51,888 nt of DNA from Candidatus Ornithospirochaeta stercoravium (GTDB taxonomy: Bacteria; Spirochaetota; Spirochaetia; Sphaerochaetales; Sphaerochaetaceae), in the NCBI GenBank assembly GCA_017694915.1, contig JADIMF010000098.1, forward strand, positions 1-51,888, read 5' to 3'. Shown here piece by piece: positions 32,663 to 42,594 of the stretch. Each line of letters opens with the position of its first letter. The first letter of the stretch is position 1. The position numbers and the translations under genes are program-made. The notes beneath the pieces are model-generated. The model was not told the DNA's origin. It saw only the letters and a program-made list of their open reading frames with translations, and searched no databases.

Positions 32663-35659
32663 ATGGGAAAGAGAATCGGTCTGATGCTTGCGAATCTTTA
32701 TCAGGGCTCCAGTATTTCCATGTGGAAAGCCTTTGCGAAAGCTGCCAGCAGGCATAAGGATGGCTCGTTCTTCGTATTCCCTGGAGGCAAGCTGGGGGAG
32801 GACAATGGCGATGAATATATGCGTAATGATATATTCTCCCTTGTCACTCCTGAATCGATTGATGGTGTGATAATCTGGACATCGGCGCTCTCAGGTACAC
32901 GGGATGCATCAGAACTCCGCGACTATGCTCTGGAGAAGTCGAAGACAATGCCAGTTGTATCGATGGGAATGACCATCGATGGGTGTACCAGTGTGAATTT
33001 CGATGCTTATCAGGGGCTTCTCTCTGAAATCGAGCATATGATAACGGTTCATGATGACAGACGTATTGCATTCCTCAGAGGTCCAGAGACACATTCGAGC
33101 GCTGAAGCCAGATTCAGAGCTTATAGAGATGCGCTTGGAAAGCATGGGATAGAATTCGATCCTGAGCTTGTTTCCTCTCCCTTCCCATGGGCTGATGGAT
33201 ACAACGCTATGAAGGAGCTTATAGAAGGTCGTCATCTTGTTCCGGGAAAGGATTTCACGGCACTTGTCGCCGCATCAGATATGCTTCTGCTTTCGGCTTC
33301 GAATTATCTTTCAGAACATGGCTGGGAAATTCCCCGCGATCTTCACGCAGGTGGTTTCAATGACAGCGAGGATAATATCCTGATGCCGACGGAAATCACG
33401 ACAGTACGCATGCCGATAGATGAGCTTGCATCTGAATCATTCATGCTTATTTCCGAAATCTGCGAAGGGCGTAAGGCAGAGAGCCTTCTGCTTCCTTCAG
33501 CGCTGGTTATACGCAGGTCATGCGGTTGCAGCGGTATTTCCGGTAATGGTGATATCCATGCCTTCTGGAATCGCGTGAGGCCTCTTATTTCCTCTGATGA
33601 GGCACTGCATGCGGCGCGTGAGATTCTGGAATATATGACGGGTAAGGGAGATGATACCCGTCTTTATCGTTATGCCGAGATATTCATCGCCTCTGGCGGT
33701 GATGCAGGAGCTCTTTTCGATGCGGCTTCCGTCTATCCAGGAGCGATCATTCCTGAACGCAAGGACAGGATGCACCGCCGTATCGTGATGGAAGAGAGAA
33801 GGGCTGCCGCGAAGGAAAAGCAGAGAACGCAGACGCTGACATATGCACTGGATTCATTCAAGCGTGAACTCCTCGCGGCACGTTCAAAGGATTTCATCCC
33901 CGCGATAATGCTCTCGTCCTTCAGATATCTTGGTATCGACAAGGCATTCCTGATGCTTTATAGGGATTTCTCCTTCACCGAGTTTATCGGGGGGTTTGCC
34001 GATGATTCCCTGATTACCGGTCCTTCTGTATTTTCCCGTAAGAGCATTGTCCCCGAAGAGCTGGAAGAACACATTGAGAGAGGAACATTCATCGTGGAGC
34101 CTCTTTTCTATGGAAAGGAAGAGCTCGGATATATCGTAATAGGTACGGAGTGGGTTGAAGGGTATGTGCTCGAGGATATAAGAGTGTCTCTTTCCTCTGC
34201 ACTCAGGGGTATAAGTCTTCTTGAGGATGCGAATAAAGCAAAAGACAAGGCAGAGCGAGGTGAGCGTGATGCAGAGAATTTCTATGCAAGGCTTTCAGAG
34301 GGTGTAATGGTACCTCTTGGCGAGATACGCGCCTCCCTTCTCGACAGCACGAGGTTGTCGAGAGGCAGTCTTCTGAAATCTGTTCTCGGGGCAGAGCACC
34401 TTCTTGAGTTGTCGCTGATGGAGCGTGATGAGCTTTCAGTGAATAAGGTCCTGCAGTCGCTTTCCGATCTTCTGTCTGTTTTCGAGATAGAAGCCGGAGA
34501 CCTTCCATTGATAGAAGCTGATACTGAGAAGATCCGCGATACGCTGAGAATCCTCATGACAGGGAGACTCTCTATCTCATTCTCAGAGGATGGTGTTATT
34601 ATCTCCGGGCATCGGAATGCCTCAGACAAGCTTTCCCTTCAGTATGCTGAGCGCGTGATACTTATGCATTCTGGATTGATACACAGGGAAGATGGGAGCT
34701 GCAGTATCATGCTTCCATATCCTGTCCTCGGAGACGGGCAGGACGCAGGAAGCGGGGTGGTATTCTCAGGAGATGTTTCTTCTCTTCCTTTGGGCTTAGC
34801 TGCTGTCTCTGTGGACTGCCGGAAACTCGTTTCTGTAAATCCGCATGCGATAGTCATAACTCCTTCATCGTCTGAAGTCGCCTCAATGATTCTCTCATCA
34901 TCGCTCATTGATAAACGGCTCATTATCTTCGCTCCTCCCTCATCTTCTCTCAAGGCAACCCTTGAGCGTATAGCTGAGAATGATGAACTTACGATATCGG
35001 TGTTCGGTTCTTTGGCATCGCTTCCGGAGAAGCTTGAGGGGCTTGGCCGTATAGTGAACACCCTCCCTTCGGGCAGGATAGCAAAAGGAAAGACAATTGC
35101 GATTTTCACATCCTCTGATTATGAGGAGATAAGGGGATTCCGTTCCAGACAGCGCTATTCATCTGTTCCTGTCATCGTCGTGAGGGAGCGGTTCGACAGT
35201 AAGGATTTGGATGAGATTTCATCTTTGTCGAACACCATCATTGTGAATCCATCTGTGTTCGAAGCGGATGGTTTTCTTTCCCATCTCAAGACGATTGCGG
35301 CTTCTGGTACGTTGCCATCTCACACGGGAGTTCTCGTGAAGAAGGCTATAGTCTATCTCAATATGCACGCTGAGAAGCAGATATCACGATGGCAGGTGGC
35401 GGAGAGCGTGAACATAAGTGAGGACTACCTTGCACGTATCTTCCGCAGGGAGGTAGGACTATCACCATGGGAGTACCTTGGAATTTTCAGGATACAGCTT
35501 GCATCCGATATGCTTCTTAATACAGGAAAGACTCTTTCCGAGATAGCAGAGGACACTGGATTCATGGATCAGGCGTATTTCTCGCGTGTGTTCAGGAAGA
35601 TAAAAGGCTTTTCTCCTGGTGTTCTCCGACGTCATAAAAAGGTCGGAATAGTACAATGA
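32663..35659 (+). CDS. Large soluble one-component regulator: LacI-type sugar-binding (PBP) domain - central domain - degenerate HisKA/HATPase-like region - receiver-like region - AraC HTH
   Basis: 998 aa with no signal peptide or TM segment. The first ~290 aa or so (N-terminal) resemble a LacI effector domain (RIAFLRGPETHSSAEARFRAYRDALGKHG...LVAASDMLLLSASNYLSEHGWEIPRDL). A coiled coil is followed by FYARLSEGVMVPLGEI, which aligns to the HisKA H-box FxxxxSHELRTPLxxI. LSLQYAERVILMHSGLIHREDGSCSIMLPYP resembles the end of HATPase_c. The C-terminus is an AraC HTH (ISRWQVAESVNISEDYLARIFRREVGLSPWEY...FMDQAYFSRVFRKIKGFSP). Confidence 0.7.
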   Translation: MGKRIGLMLANLYQGSSISMWKAFAKAASRHKDGSFFVFPGGKLGEDNGDEYMRNDIFSLVTPESIDGVIIWTSALSGTRDASELRDYALEKSKTMPVVSMGMTIDGCTSVNFDAYQGLLSEIEHMITVHDDRRIAFLRGPETHSSAEARFRAYRDALGKHGIEFDPELVSSPFPWADGYNAMKELIEGRHLVPGKDFTALVAASDMLLLSASNYLSEHGWEIPRDLHAGGFNDSEDNILMPTEITTVRMPIDELASESFMLISEICEGRKAESLLLPSALVIRRSCGCSGISGNGDIHAFWNRVRPLISSDEALHAAREILEYMTGKGDDTRLYRYAEIFIASGGDAGALFDAASVYPGAIIPERKDRMHRRIVMEERRAAAKEKQRTQTLTYALDSFKRELLAARSKDFIPAIMLSSFRYLGIDKAFLMLYRDFSFTEFIGGFADDSLITGPSVFSRKSIVPEELEEHIERGTFIVEPLFYGKEELGYIVIGTEWVEGYVLEDIRVSLSSALRGISLLEDANKAKDKAERGERDAENFYARLSEGVMVPLGEIRASLLDSTRLSRGSLLKSVLGAEHLLELSLMERDELSVNKVLQSLSDLLSVFEIEAGDLPLIEADTEKIRDTLRILMTGRLSISFSEDGVIISGHRNASDKLSLQYAERVILMHSGLIHREDGSCSIMLPYPVLGDGQDAGSGVVFSGDVSSLPLGLAAVSVDCRKLVSVNPHAIVITPSSSEVASMILSSSLIDKRLIIFAPPSSSLKATLERIAENDELTISVFGSLASLPEKLEGLGRIVNTLPSGRIAKGKTIAIFTSSDYEEIRGFRSRQRYSSVPVIVVRERFDSKDLDEISSLSNTIIVNPSVFEADGFLSHLKTIAASGTLPSHTGVLVKKAIVYLNMHAEKQISRWQVAESVNISEDYLARIFRREVGLSPWEYLGIFRIQLASDMLLNTGKTLSEIAEDTGFMDQAYFSRVFRKIKGFSPGVLRRHKKVGIVQ

Positions 35660-35712
35660 GCGGTTTGGATTATCCTTAATTCCTCCTTTAGACTTTTTCC
35701 TGAGGTAGGGTA

Positions 35713-36672
35713 ATGAACACCACGAAAACCAGGAAAATGGATAAGGATATTATGCAGAAACCTTCCAGAAGCAAGCTTCGCAGGGAGATTGCCAGGCATC
35801 GTTCTGTATATCTCTTAGCTCTGATACCGCTTATCTATTACATAATCTTCAAATATGTTCCGATCTGGAATGCGCAGATTGCATTCAGGGACTTCATGGC
35901 CGTTCGCGGTGTGACAGGCTCCGAGTGGATCGGCCTTGAGAATTTTCGCACATTCGTAAACAGCTTCTATTTCTGGTCCTTGATCAGGAATACGGTTATG
36001 TATTCAGTCGGCAAGCTTGTGATTTCCCTTCCTTTGTCGATAATCCTCGCAATCTGTATCTATGAGTGCACGAGGCCGGGATTGAGGAAGGTCGTCCAGA
36101 CGCTGGCATATCTTCCGCACTTCCTTTCTTGGGTTATCATGTATGGAATACTTCTTGCGCTTCTCGCACCTGGCGATGGTGTCGTCAATGATGTGATAAA
36201 GATGGCAGGAGGAAAATCCATAGACTTCCTTTCGAATGTTAAGACATTCCCGTGGGTGGTTCTCTTCTCCGATGCTTGGAAGGAGATGGGATGGTCAGCC
36301 ATCATCTTCATTGCCGCACTGATGGGTATAGATGTATCGCTTTTCGAAGCTGCGATGGTCGAGGGCGCAAACAGCTGGCAGCGCGTGAAATACATCACGC
36401 TTCCTGCGATCATGCCTGTTATCGTGACCGTTCTCATACTCAAGCTGGGAACAATCCTCGATGCTGGTTTCAATCAGATATTCATGCTCTATTCGCCACA
36501 GGTATATTCCGTTGCGGATATCATCGATACATGGGTTTACAGACAGGGTCTTCTTGAATTCGAGTTCGGTCTGGCAACTGCCGTCGGACTTTTCAAGGGT
36601 GTTTTCGGAATGATTCTCGTGCTCTTTGCAAACTGGCTTTCAAAGAGACTTACGGATAGTTCACTCTTCTGA
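35713..36672 (+). CDS. ABC polysaccharide/oligosaccharide transporter permease (LplB/YteP-like)
   Basis: 319 aa. EAA loop FEAAMVEGANSWQRVKYITLPAI. Confidence 0.88.
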   Translation: MNTTKTRKMDKDIMQKPSRSKLRREIARHRSVYLLALIPLIYYIIFKYVPIWNAQIAFRDFMAVRGVTGSEWIGLENFRTFVNSFYFWSLIRNTVMYSVGKLVISLPLSIILAICIYECTRPGLRKVVQTLAYLPHFLSWVIMYGILLALLAPGDGVVNDVIKMAGGKSIDFLSNVKTFPWVVLFSDAWKEMGWSAIIFIAALMGIDVSLFEAAMVEGANSWQRVKYITLPAIMPVIVTVLILKLGTILDAGFNQIFMLYSPQVYSVADIIDTWVYRQGLLEFEFGLATAVGLFKGVFGMILVLFANWLSKRLTDSSLF

Positions 36673-36682
36673 GGAGGCTGGA

Positions 36683-37606
36683 ATGGCAGAGAATACTTTA
36701 AAGAGAAAACATCTCAGACATGAAATGCAGAACAAGAAGGTGAAGCTGACGAAGGCTGATCATGTATTCAACGTTGTCGTGAATGCATTCATGATATTCA
36801 TCCTCATCGTCATCCTCATTCCGGTCTGGTCTACGATAACCCTTTCATTCCGTCCGAATGACTATCTCGGATCGAATCTTCAGGGTATGTTCCTTCCACC
36901 TTGGGAGTGGTCTACGGATGCCTATACGGCACTTCTTGGAAATGATGGGTTCCTGAACGCTTTCATAAGCAGCTTCAAGATCCTCGTTGGCGGTGTCGCG
37001 ACAGCTCTCATACTCACAATCCCGATGGCTTATGTTCTTTCGGTACATAGCCTTCCAGGAAGGAAGATAGTGAATCTGATTGTCATCATTCCGTATGTAT
37101 TCAATGTCGGAATGATCCCGACATACCTGCTTGTCAGGGACGTGGGATTGATGAATCATCTGGCTGCTGTCTTCGTGCCAGGTGCGATATCCACATACAA
37201 CTGCATAATAATGAGGCAGTTCTTCGTCGGAATACCGAATGAGCTGAAGGAATCGGCAAGAATCGATGGCTGTACGGAGCTTCAGGTTCTTTTCAGGATC
37301 ATCCTTCCGCTTTCAAAGGCTATAGTCATGACAATCGGCCTGTATTATGGCGTATCGTTCTGGAATGACTTCTTCAACGCTATGCTGTATCTCAATGACA
37401 ACCAGCCTCTGCCGATACTCCTGAGGAACATACTCCTTGCTTCCGGAATGAATGAGTATGTCGAGGTAAGTGCATTCGGCAATGCGCCAGTGAGCGCAAT
37501 AAAGGCCGCTTCTGTATTCATGAGTGCCATTCCTATGATCGTGGCTTACCCGTTCATACAGAAGTATTTCACAAAGGGAACGCTCCTCGGATCGGTGAAG
37601 GGCTGA
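36683..37606 (+). CDS. ABC transporter permease (LplC/YtcP-like)
   Basis: ORF 36626..37606, with the start moved to ATG 36683, which follows GAGGAGG. EAA loop KESARIDGCTELQVLFRIILPLS. Confidence 0.88.
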   Translation: MAENTLKRKHLRHEMQNKKVKLTKADHVFNVVVNAFMIFILIVILIPVWSTITLSFRPNDYLGSNLQGMFLPPWEWSTDAYTALLGNDGFLNAFISSFKILVGGVATALILTIPMAYVLSVHSLPGRKIVNLIVIIPYVFNVGMIPTYLLVRDVGLMNHLAAVFVPGAISTYNCIIMRQFFVGIPNELKESARIDGCTELQVLFRIILPLSKAIVMTIGLYYGVSFWNDFFNAMLYLNDNQPLPILLRNILLASGMNEYVEVSAFGNAPVSAIKAASVFMSAIPMIVAYPFIQKYFTKGTLLGSVKG

Positions 37607-37634
37607 TCCGGAGATGATAAAAAAGGAGGAGAAG

Positions 37635-39215
37635 ATGAGAAAATTCAAGAGTATTCTTCTGGTAGTGCTTGCAGTGCTTCTGGCTATGCCTATGTTCGCC
37701 GGCGGCAGCAAGGAAACAAAGCAGGCTGCAGGTACACCTGAAGATCCAATTACCATAGATCTCTGGTTCGGTGCAGCTATAACCGAAGCTGGAATGATCC
37801 CTGAAGACTGGGTTGGATATGATATCATCCGCAATGAGCTCGGTATCGATCTCAATCTGACGATGCTTCCATCCAACGAGTCCGACCAGGATGTGAGAAT
37901 CCAGGCAGCTGGTGCAGCAAATGAGCTCCCTGACATCTTCATGGTACGCCGTCCTGTCCTTTCAAACCTTGTAAAGCAGGGTCTTGTAGCACAGGTTGAT
38001 GACTGTTTTGCAAAGATGCCGAACCGCACAGCTCTTATCTATGATGAGAATGCTATTGCACATGCAACAATCGATGGCCATGTTTACGGATTCGCATCCC
38101 CTGGAGCAATCGCAAAGAACGAAGGTCTTCTTGTCAGGAAGGACTGGCTCGACAACCTCGGACTTGAAGTTCCTACGACACTTGACGAGTTCCTCGAAGT
38201 CGCAAGAGCATTCACATTCGATGACCCGGATGGAAATGGCAGGAATGACACATATGGTTATGGTGCATTCGTAGAGACAGACGCAACACTCAAGGGATAT
38301 CCTGGTTCAAGACTGTGGCCAATCATGGGTGCTTATGGCGTTGAAGGCCTCTGGAGCTTCGATAGCGAGACTGCTGGACTTTCGATCTACAAGCCTGAGT
38401 TCTATGATTTCATGGTAACTCTGAAGCAGATGTGCGATGAGGGAATCATCGATCCTAACTGGCTTTCATATAAGAAGGATGACTTCAGAGCAGCTTGGAA
38501 GCAGGGTAGATTCGGTATGATGTATGAGCAGAATGCAGCATATGCAGCTACTGCAAACTACGCACCGTTCGACGCTAACTTCCCAGATGGCGAATGGATT
38601 GTAATCGATGCTATCTCCGGACCGGAAGGAAAAGCATCAATCGGCGCATATGATATGAACTACCGCATTTACGCAGTAAGCCAGAAGGCAGCAGATGCCG
38701 GTAAGCTCGACAAGATCTGTGAGCTTCTTGAATGGCTCAGCTCAGACGAGGGTTACTACCTTGTTGGATGGGGTCAGGAAGGCGTCAACTACGTATTCGA
38801 CGAGAACGGAATCCCTGTTGCAGGCGATCTTGGTGACAATGCATTCACAGGTTCGAAGGGACAGGTCGTGACACAGCTTAGGAACATGGTCTTCTATAAT
38901 GGCGATGTCGAGCTTGCTTCACGCTATCCGACCTATGTTACAGAGGTTTCCGGAAAGACGATGTCCGCACTTACAACACTGCGTGAGATGCAGGAGAAGA
39001 AGTGGACAAGCGCTATCGGATCTGGAACAATGCCGACTCCGAACGCTGACGTACAGAGATACTACGATCAGAGTCTTGCTGAGTTCCTTACCGGAGCAAG
39101 AGCACTTACACCTGAAAACTGGCAGGCTTTCATTGATCAGTTCAACGCTATTGGCGGTGAAGCATGGAATCAGGAAGGTCTTGCGAAGATGCAGGCAGAC
39201 GGTCTTATCCGCTGA
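37635..39215 (+). CDS. Large extracellular solute-binding protein (LplA/YtcQ-like)
   Basis: ORF 37614..39215, with the start moved to ATG 37635, which follows AAAGGAGGAG. Signal peptide MRKFKSILLVVLAVLLAMPMFA/GGSKE. About 500 aa mature. Confidence 0.88.
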   Translation: MRKFKSILLVVLAVLLAMPMFAGGSKETKQAAGTPEDPITIDLWFGAAITEAGMIPEDWVGYDIIRNELGIDLNLTMLPSNESDQDVRIQAAGAANELPDIFMVRRPVLSNLVKQGLVAQVDDCFAKMPNRTALIYDENAIAHATIDGHVYGFASPGAIAKNEGLLVRKDWLDNLGLEVPTTLDEFLEVARAFTFDDPDGNGRNDTYGYGAFVETDATLKGYPGSRLWPIMGAYGVEGLWSFDSETAGLSIYKPEFYDFMVTLKQMCDEGIIDPNWLSYKKDDFRAAWKQGRFGMMYEQNAAYAATANYAPFDANFPDGEWIVIDAISGPEGKASIGAYDMNYRIYAVSQKAADAGKLDKICELLEWLSSDEGYYLVGWGQEGVNYVFDENGIPVAGDLGDNAFTGSKGQVVTQLRNMVFYNGDVELASRYPTYVTEVSGKTMSALTTLREMQEKKWTSAIGSGTMPTPNADVQRYYDQSLAEFLTGARALTPENWQAFIDQFNAIGGEAWNQEGLAKMQADGLIR

Positions 39216-39223
39216 TGACAGAT

Positions 39224-39243
39224 GGCCGCTCTCCGGGGCGGCC
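39224..39243 (+). terminator. GC hairpin after the SBP gene (attenuator/terminator candidate)
   Basis: GGCCGC-tctccggg-GCGGCC, followed by ttaattat. It lies between the SBP stop (39215) and the GH105 start (39267). Confidence 0.4.
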
Positions 39244-39266
39244 TTAATTATGAGGAAATAAAATAA

Positions 39267-40346
39267 ATGACTGCGTTATCAATCGAGATGGTCAGAAGCG
39301 TGATGAAACGCTACAGGCCTGGCATGATGAAATGGCACTACGAGCATGGTCTTGTTCAGTATGCCTCATTGGAAGCTTCTTCTTTATATAAGGATGATTC
39401 CGTCTTTCCGTGGGTCTATTCAATGTATGATCCGATGATCGGAGAGGATGGCAGCATCGTGACATACAGAAAAGGTGAGTATAACCTCGATCAGATCAAT
39501 GCAGGAAAAACTCTCTTCGCGCTTCTTGATGGAAGCGGGGAGGAGAGATTCGGAAAAGCTGCCGATATCCTTTTTGCCCAGCTTGAGACACAGCCGAGGT
39601 GCAAATGCGGCGTCTACTGGCATAAGGAGATATATCCATGGCAGATCTGGCTCGATGGCCTTTATATGGAAGGACCGTTCAAGGCTGAATATGCACTGCG
39701 TCATAACGACAGCGAGGCGCTTGATGATATCGTGAAGCAGTGCATAACCGTATATGAGATCATGAAAGATAAGGAGACGGGTCTTCTTTACCATTGCTAT
39801 GATGAATCGAGGGGAATGAAGTGGTCAGATGACAGCACTGGGCTTTCTCCTCATTTCTGGTCGAGATCCATAGGCTGGTATCTCATGGCTCTTGTCGATA
39901 TCCTCGACTATCTTCCAGAGGAGCATAAAGGAAGAGAGGATCTTAAGGATATCATTTCAAAACTTTCATCATCAGTGCTGCAGTTCCAGGATGATAGCGG
40001 AATGTGGTATCAGGTGACGGATGAAGGCAGTAGGGAAGGCAACTATCTGGAGACATCTTCGACATCGATGTTCGCTTATTCATTCCTTAAAGGCGCAAGG
40101 CTCGGGTATCTCGATTCATCATTCATTCCAGCAGGAGTGAAGGCAATTGAGGGAATGAAGGAGAGATATCTGAGAAAGGATGGCGATGAACTGCACCTCG
40201 GAGGTATCTGCTCGGTTGCGGGGCTTGGTGGAAATCCTTATCGTGATGGTTCCTTCAGGTATTATATCAGTGAGCCTGTGAGAGAGGATGATTTCAAAGG
40301 AGTCGGACCTTTCATTCTTGCATGTACTGAGATGGAGAGAAGCTGA
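39267..40346 (+). CDS. Glycoside hydrolase family 105 (unsaturated rhamnogalacturonyl hydrolase, YteR/YesR-like)
   Basis: 359 aa. MKWHYEHGL, NLDQINAGKTLFALL, WHKEIYPWQIWLDGLYMEGPF, FWSRSIGWYLMALVD, ETSSTSMFAY. Confidence 0.85.
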   Translation: MTALSIEMVRSVMKRYRPGMMKWHYEHGLVQYASLEASSLYKDDSVFPWVYSMYDPMIGEDGSIVTYRKGEYNLDQINAGKTLFALLDGSGEERFGKAADILFAQLETQPRCKCGVYWHKEIYPWQIWLDGLYMEGPFKAEYALRHNDSEALDDIVKQCITVYEIMKDKETGLLYHCYDESRGMKWSDDSTGLSPHFWSRSIGWYLMALVDILDYLPEEHKGREDLKDIISKLSSSVLQFQDDSGMWYQVTDEGSREGNYLETSSTSMFAYSFLKGARLGYLDSSFIPAGVKAIEGMKERYLRKDGDELHLGGICSVAGLGGNPYRDGSFRYYISEPVREDDFKGVGPFILACTEMERS

Positions 40347-41668
40347 TGGCAGTAATCAATCCTTCTGCTGCAGATGTATCCAGAAGCATCGTCCAGGCGC
40401 TTGAGAAAGATGGCGAGGCTGTGCTTAGAGGCGGTATATATCATTCATCGCCGTTTTCTGTCCCTTCTCATAGCCGTCTTGTGATCGAAAAGGATGCAAA
40501 GCTTGTATTCATCCCTGATTTCTCTCTCTATCCTCCGGTATTCACCAGATGGGAAGGAGTTCAGTGCTGGTGTATGCACCCATGCATCTTCATAAACGAA
40601 AGCGAGGATGTGAAGATCGGGGGTGAGGGGGTAATAGACGGCTCCGGAGAGAAGTGGTGGAAGACATGCCTTGAGAAGAAGGAGAAGAACAGGACTCCCG
40701 AGACGGTACTTGAACTTCAGTTCGCCGCACTTAATCCCGATTACAGAAACCAGCCAGGAGGCGGCGGTGGACGTGAGTTCCAGTTCTTGAGGCCACCTCT
40801 TCTTCAGATTAGAAAGAGCCGTGATGTCCTTATTGAGGGAGTCACTTTCAGAAATTCTCCGTTCTGGACGGTTCATCCGCTCTTTTCCGATAATGTCACG
40901 ATAAAGGACGTGAGCATTATCAATCCATATGACGCGCCGAATACCGATGGTATAGATATCGAGTCATCGAGCAATGTCTCTGTGCTCTCATCTTCAGTCG
41001 ATGTCGGTGATGATGGAATAGCGATAAAATCAGGATCAGGATTGGAAGGAATAAGGGATAATGTGCCCTCCAGGAATATCCTGATAAAAGACTGCATCGT
41101 GAAAGCCGCTCATGGCGGTGCCGTGATAGGCTCTGAGACCGCCGCGGAGATATCTGATGTTACAGTTGAATCATGCCTTTTCGATGGTACTGACAGGGGA
41201 ATCAGGATCAAGACAAGACGTGGCAGAGGCGGAAATATTCATGACCTTGCGTTCAGGAACATAAGGATGAAGGATAATCTATGTCCTTTTGTGATAAACA
41301 CATATTATAAATGCGGCACAGATGATGATTCGCTTTTCTCCCTTGATGAGAAGCCTGTTGATGATTCAACACCTGTCATTCATTCGATAACGATCGAGAA
41401 CTGCCATGCAGAAGGCTCCAGAGCTTCCTGCGGTATGGCTGTAGGGCTTCCTGAGAGTCCTCTGGGGAATGTGGTTATAAAGGATTCCTCGTTCTCAATG
41501 GCCTCGGATAATCTTGTTCCCGTTTCACAGAGCGATATGTACCGGGGACTTCCTGATCCCGTCTCGCGTGGCTTCAGACTGCGTAATATCGAGGTCCATA
41601 TCGAGAATACCGATATCGGATGCGAGGGAGTGAAAATCATAAAAGAGGAGAACGCGGAGATTCTCTGA
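40346..41668 (+). CDS. Glycoside hydrolase family 28 (polygalacturonase / rhamnogalacturonase-like), cytoplasmic
   Basis: 440 aa. GH28 catalytic motifs NTDGIDIESS, GDDGIAIKSG, AHGGAVIGSE and RGIRIKT. ATGA overlap with the GH105 gene. No signal peptide. Confidence 0.88.
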   Translation: MAVINPSAADVSRSIVQALEKDGEAVLRGGIYHSSPFSVPSHSRLVIEKDAKLVFIPDFSLYPPVFTRWEGVQCWCMHPCIFINESEDVKIGGEGVIDGSGEKWWKTCLEKKEKNRTPETVLELQFAALNPDYRNQPGGGGGREFQFLRPPLLQIRKSRDVLIEGVTFRNSPFWTVHPLFSDNVTIKDVSIINPYDAPNTDGIDIESSSNVSVLSSSVDVGDDGIAIKSGSGLEGIRDNVPSRNILIKDCIVKAAHGGAVIGSETAAEISDVTVESCLFDGTDRGIRIKTRRGRGGNIHDLAFRNIRMKDNLCPFVINTYYKCGTDDDSLFSLDEKPVDDSTPVIHSITIENCHAEGSRASCGMAVGLPESPLGNVVIKDSSFSMASDNLVPVSQSDMYRGLPDPVSRGFRLRNIEVHIENTDIGCEGVKIIKEENAEIL

Positions 41669-41669
41669 T

Positions 41670-42362
41670 TCAGAACTGTGGCTGGAAGTAGCTTCTGTAC
41701 TCATCTGAGAAGAGCTTGCTTCCAAGCCTTCTGACGCCACCGTAGAGATGGCGGGTCATAAGCTCCTCAAGTCCGTCTGTGGACTTATTGTCTATCATCT
41801 CCATCATCTTCCTGTGGTCTTCCATTACATCCGGTACATTCTTTGCGCCCACGATATCGAGTCGGATGAAGCGGGAATAATCCGGATGCGGCTTTGTCAC
41901 AAGATTCCATATATACATCTTGTTCGCGCTCTGGAACCAGAGCCTATGCATCTCGAGGTCCTTCTTCAGGAAGAGATTTATATCAAAGGTCTCCAGATCA
42001 TCCTTACCTTTAGCGATTTCCTCCATCTGTTCGAATGCATATCTGACACTTTCTCTTTCAGTAGGAGAGGCATTCCTTATGAAATCGCGGAATATCATGG
42101 ATTCGACAGCGACTCTTAGATAGATGATTTCGGAAGCTGTTTCCATCGATATCGGCATGACGAATGTGCCTTTGCCCATGATTATCTTCACAAAGCCATT
42201 ATCCTGAAGACGTTGCAGGACGCTTCTTATAGGAGTGCGTGAGACATCGAATCTTGCCGCAAGTGAATTCTCTCCCAGTACATCGTTCGGCTTTATCTTC
42301 AGCTCGACGATTTCATCTTCAAGAATATTGTAAATCTGGTCCACGCTATACTGGGTTTTCAT
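41670..42362 (-). CDS. GntR-family transcriptional regulator (FadR/FCD subfamily)
   Basis: 230 aa. The wHTH is LGENSLAARFDVSRTPIRSVLQRLQDNGFVKI, followed by an all-helical FCD-like C-terminal domain. SD AGGAGAG. Divergent from the TRAP operon. Confidence 0.85.
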   Translation of the reverse strand: MKTQYSVDQIYNILEDEIVELKIKPNDVLGENSLAARFDVSRTPIRSVLQRLQDNGFVKIIMGKGTFVMPISMETASEIIYLRVAVESMIFRDFIRNASPTERESVRYAFEQMEEIAKGKDDLETFDINLFLKKDLEMHRLWFQSANKMYIWNLVTKPHPDYSRFIRLDIVGAKNVPDVMEDHRKMMEMIDNKSTDGLEELMTRHLYGGVRRLGSKLFSDEYRSYFQPQF

Positions 42363-42375
42363 TCACTCTCCTACT

Positions 42376-42383
42376 TGTATACA
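42376..42383. promoter_or_regulatory. TGTATACA palindrome 1 (GntR/FadR-type operator candidate), in the 5' leader of the GntR gene
   Basis: acTTGTATACAGGTta lies directly upstream of the GntR SD. The same TGTATACAGGT string recurs at 42528. Confidence 0.5.
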
Positions 42384-42527
42384 GGTTATTCAATGTCTTT
42401 GATTATAAGCTCCCGCATCATCACAATGCAAGTGAATTCCTTGCTATATAAGGAATTTTCGCAAAATGTAAATTTTGTGAAGATTTTTGTTGCACGCTGT
42501 ATGAAACAGTGTTAGCGTATAGTAAGA

Positions 42528-42535
42528 TGTATACA
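42528..42535. promoter_or_regulatory. TGTATACA palindrome 2 (operator candidate)
   Basis: agaTGTATACAGGTtt lies in the GntR / TRAP divergent region. A degenerate copy TGTATATA is at 42560-42567. Confidence 0.5.
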
Positions 42536-42594
42536 GGTTTCACTGAAGTGAATTCAAATTGTATATAACTTTATTAAGTATAGTTAGATACATC

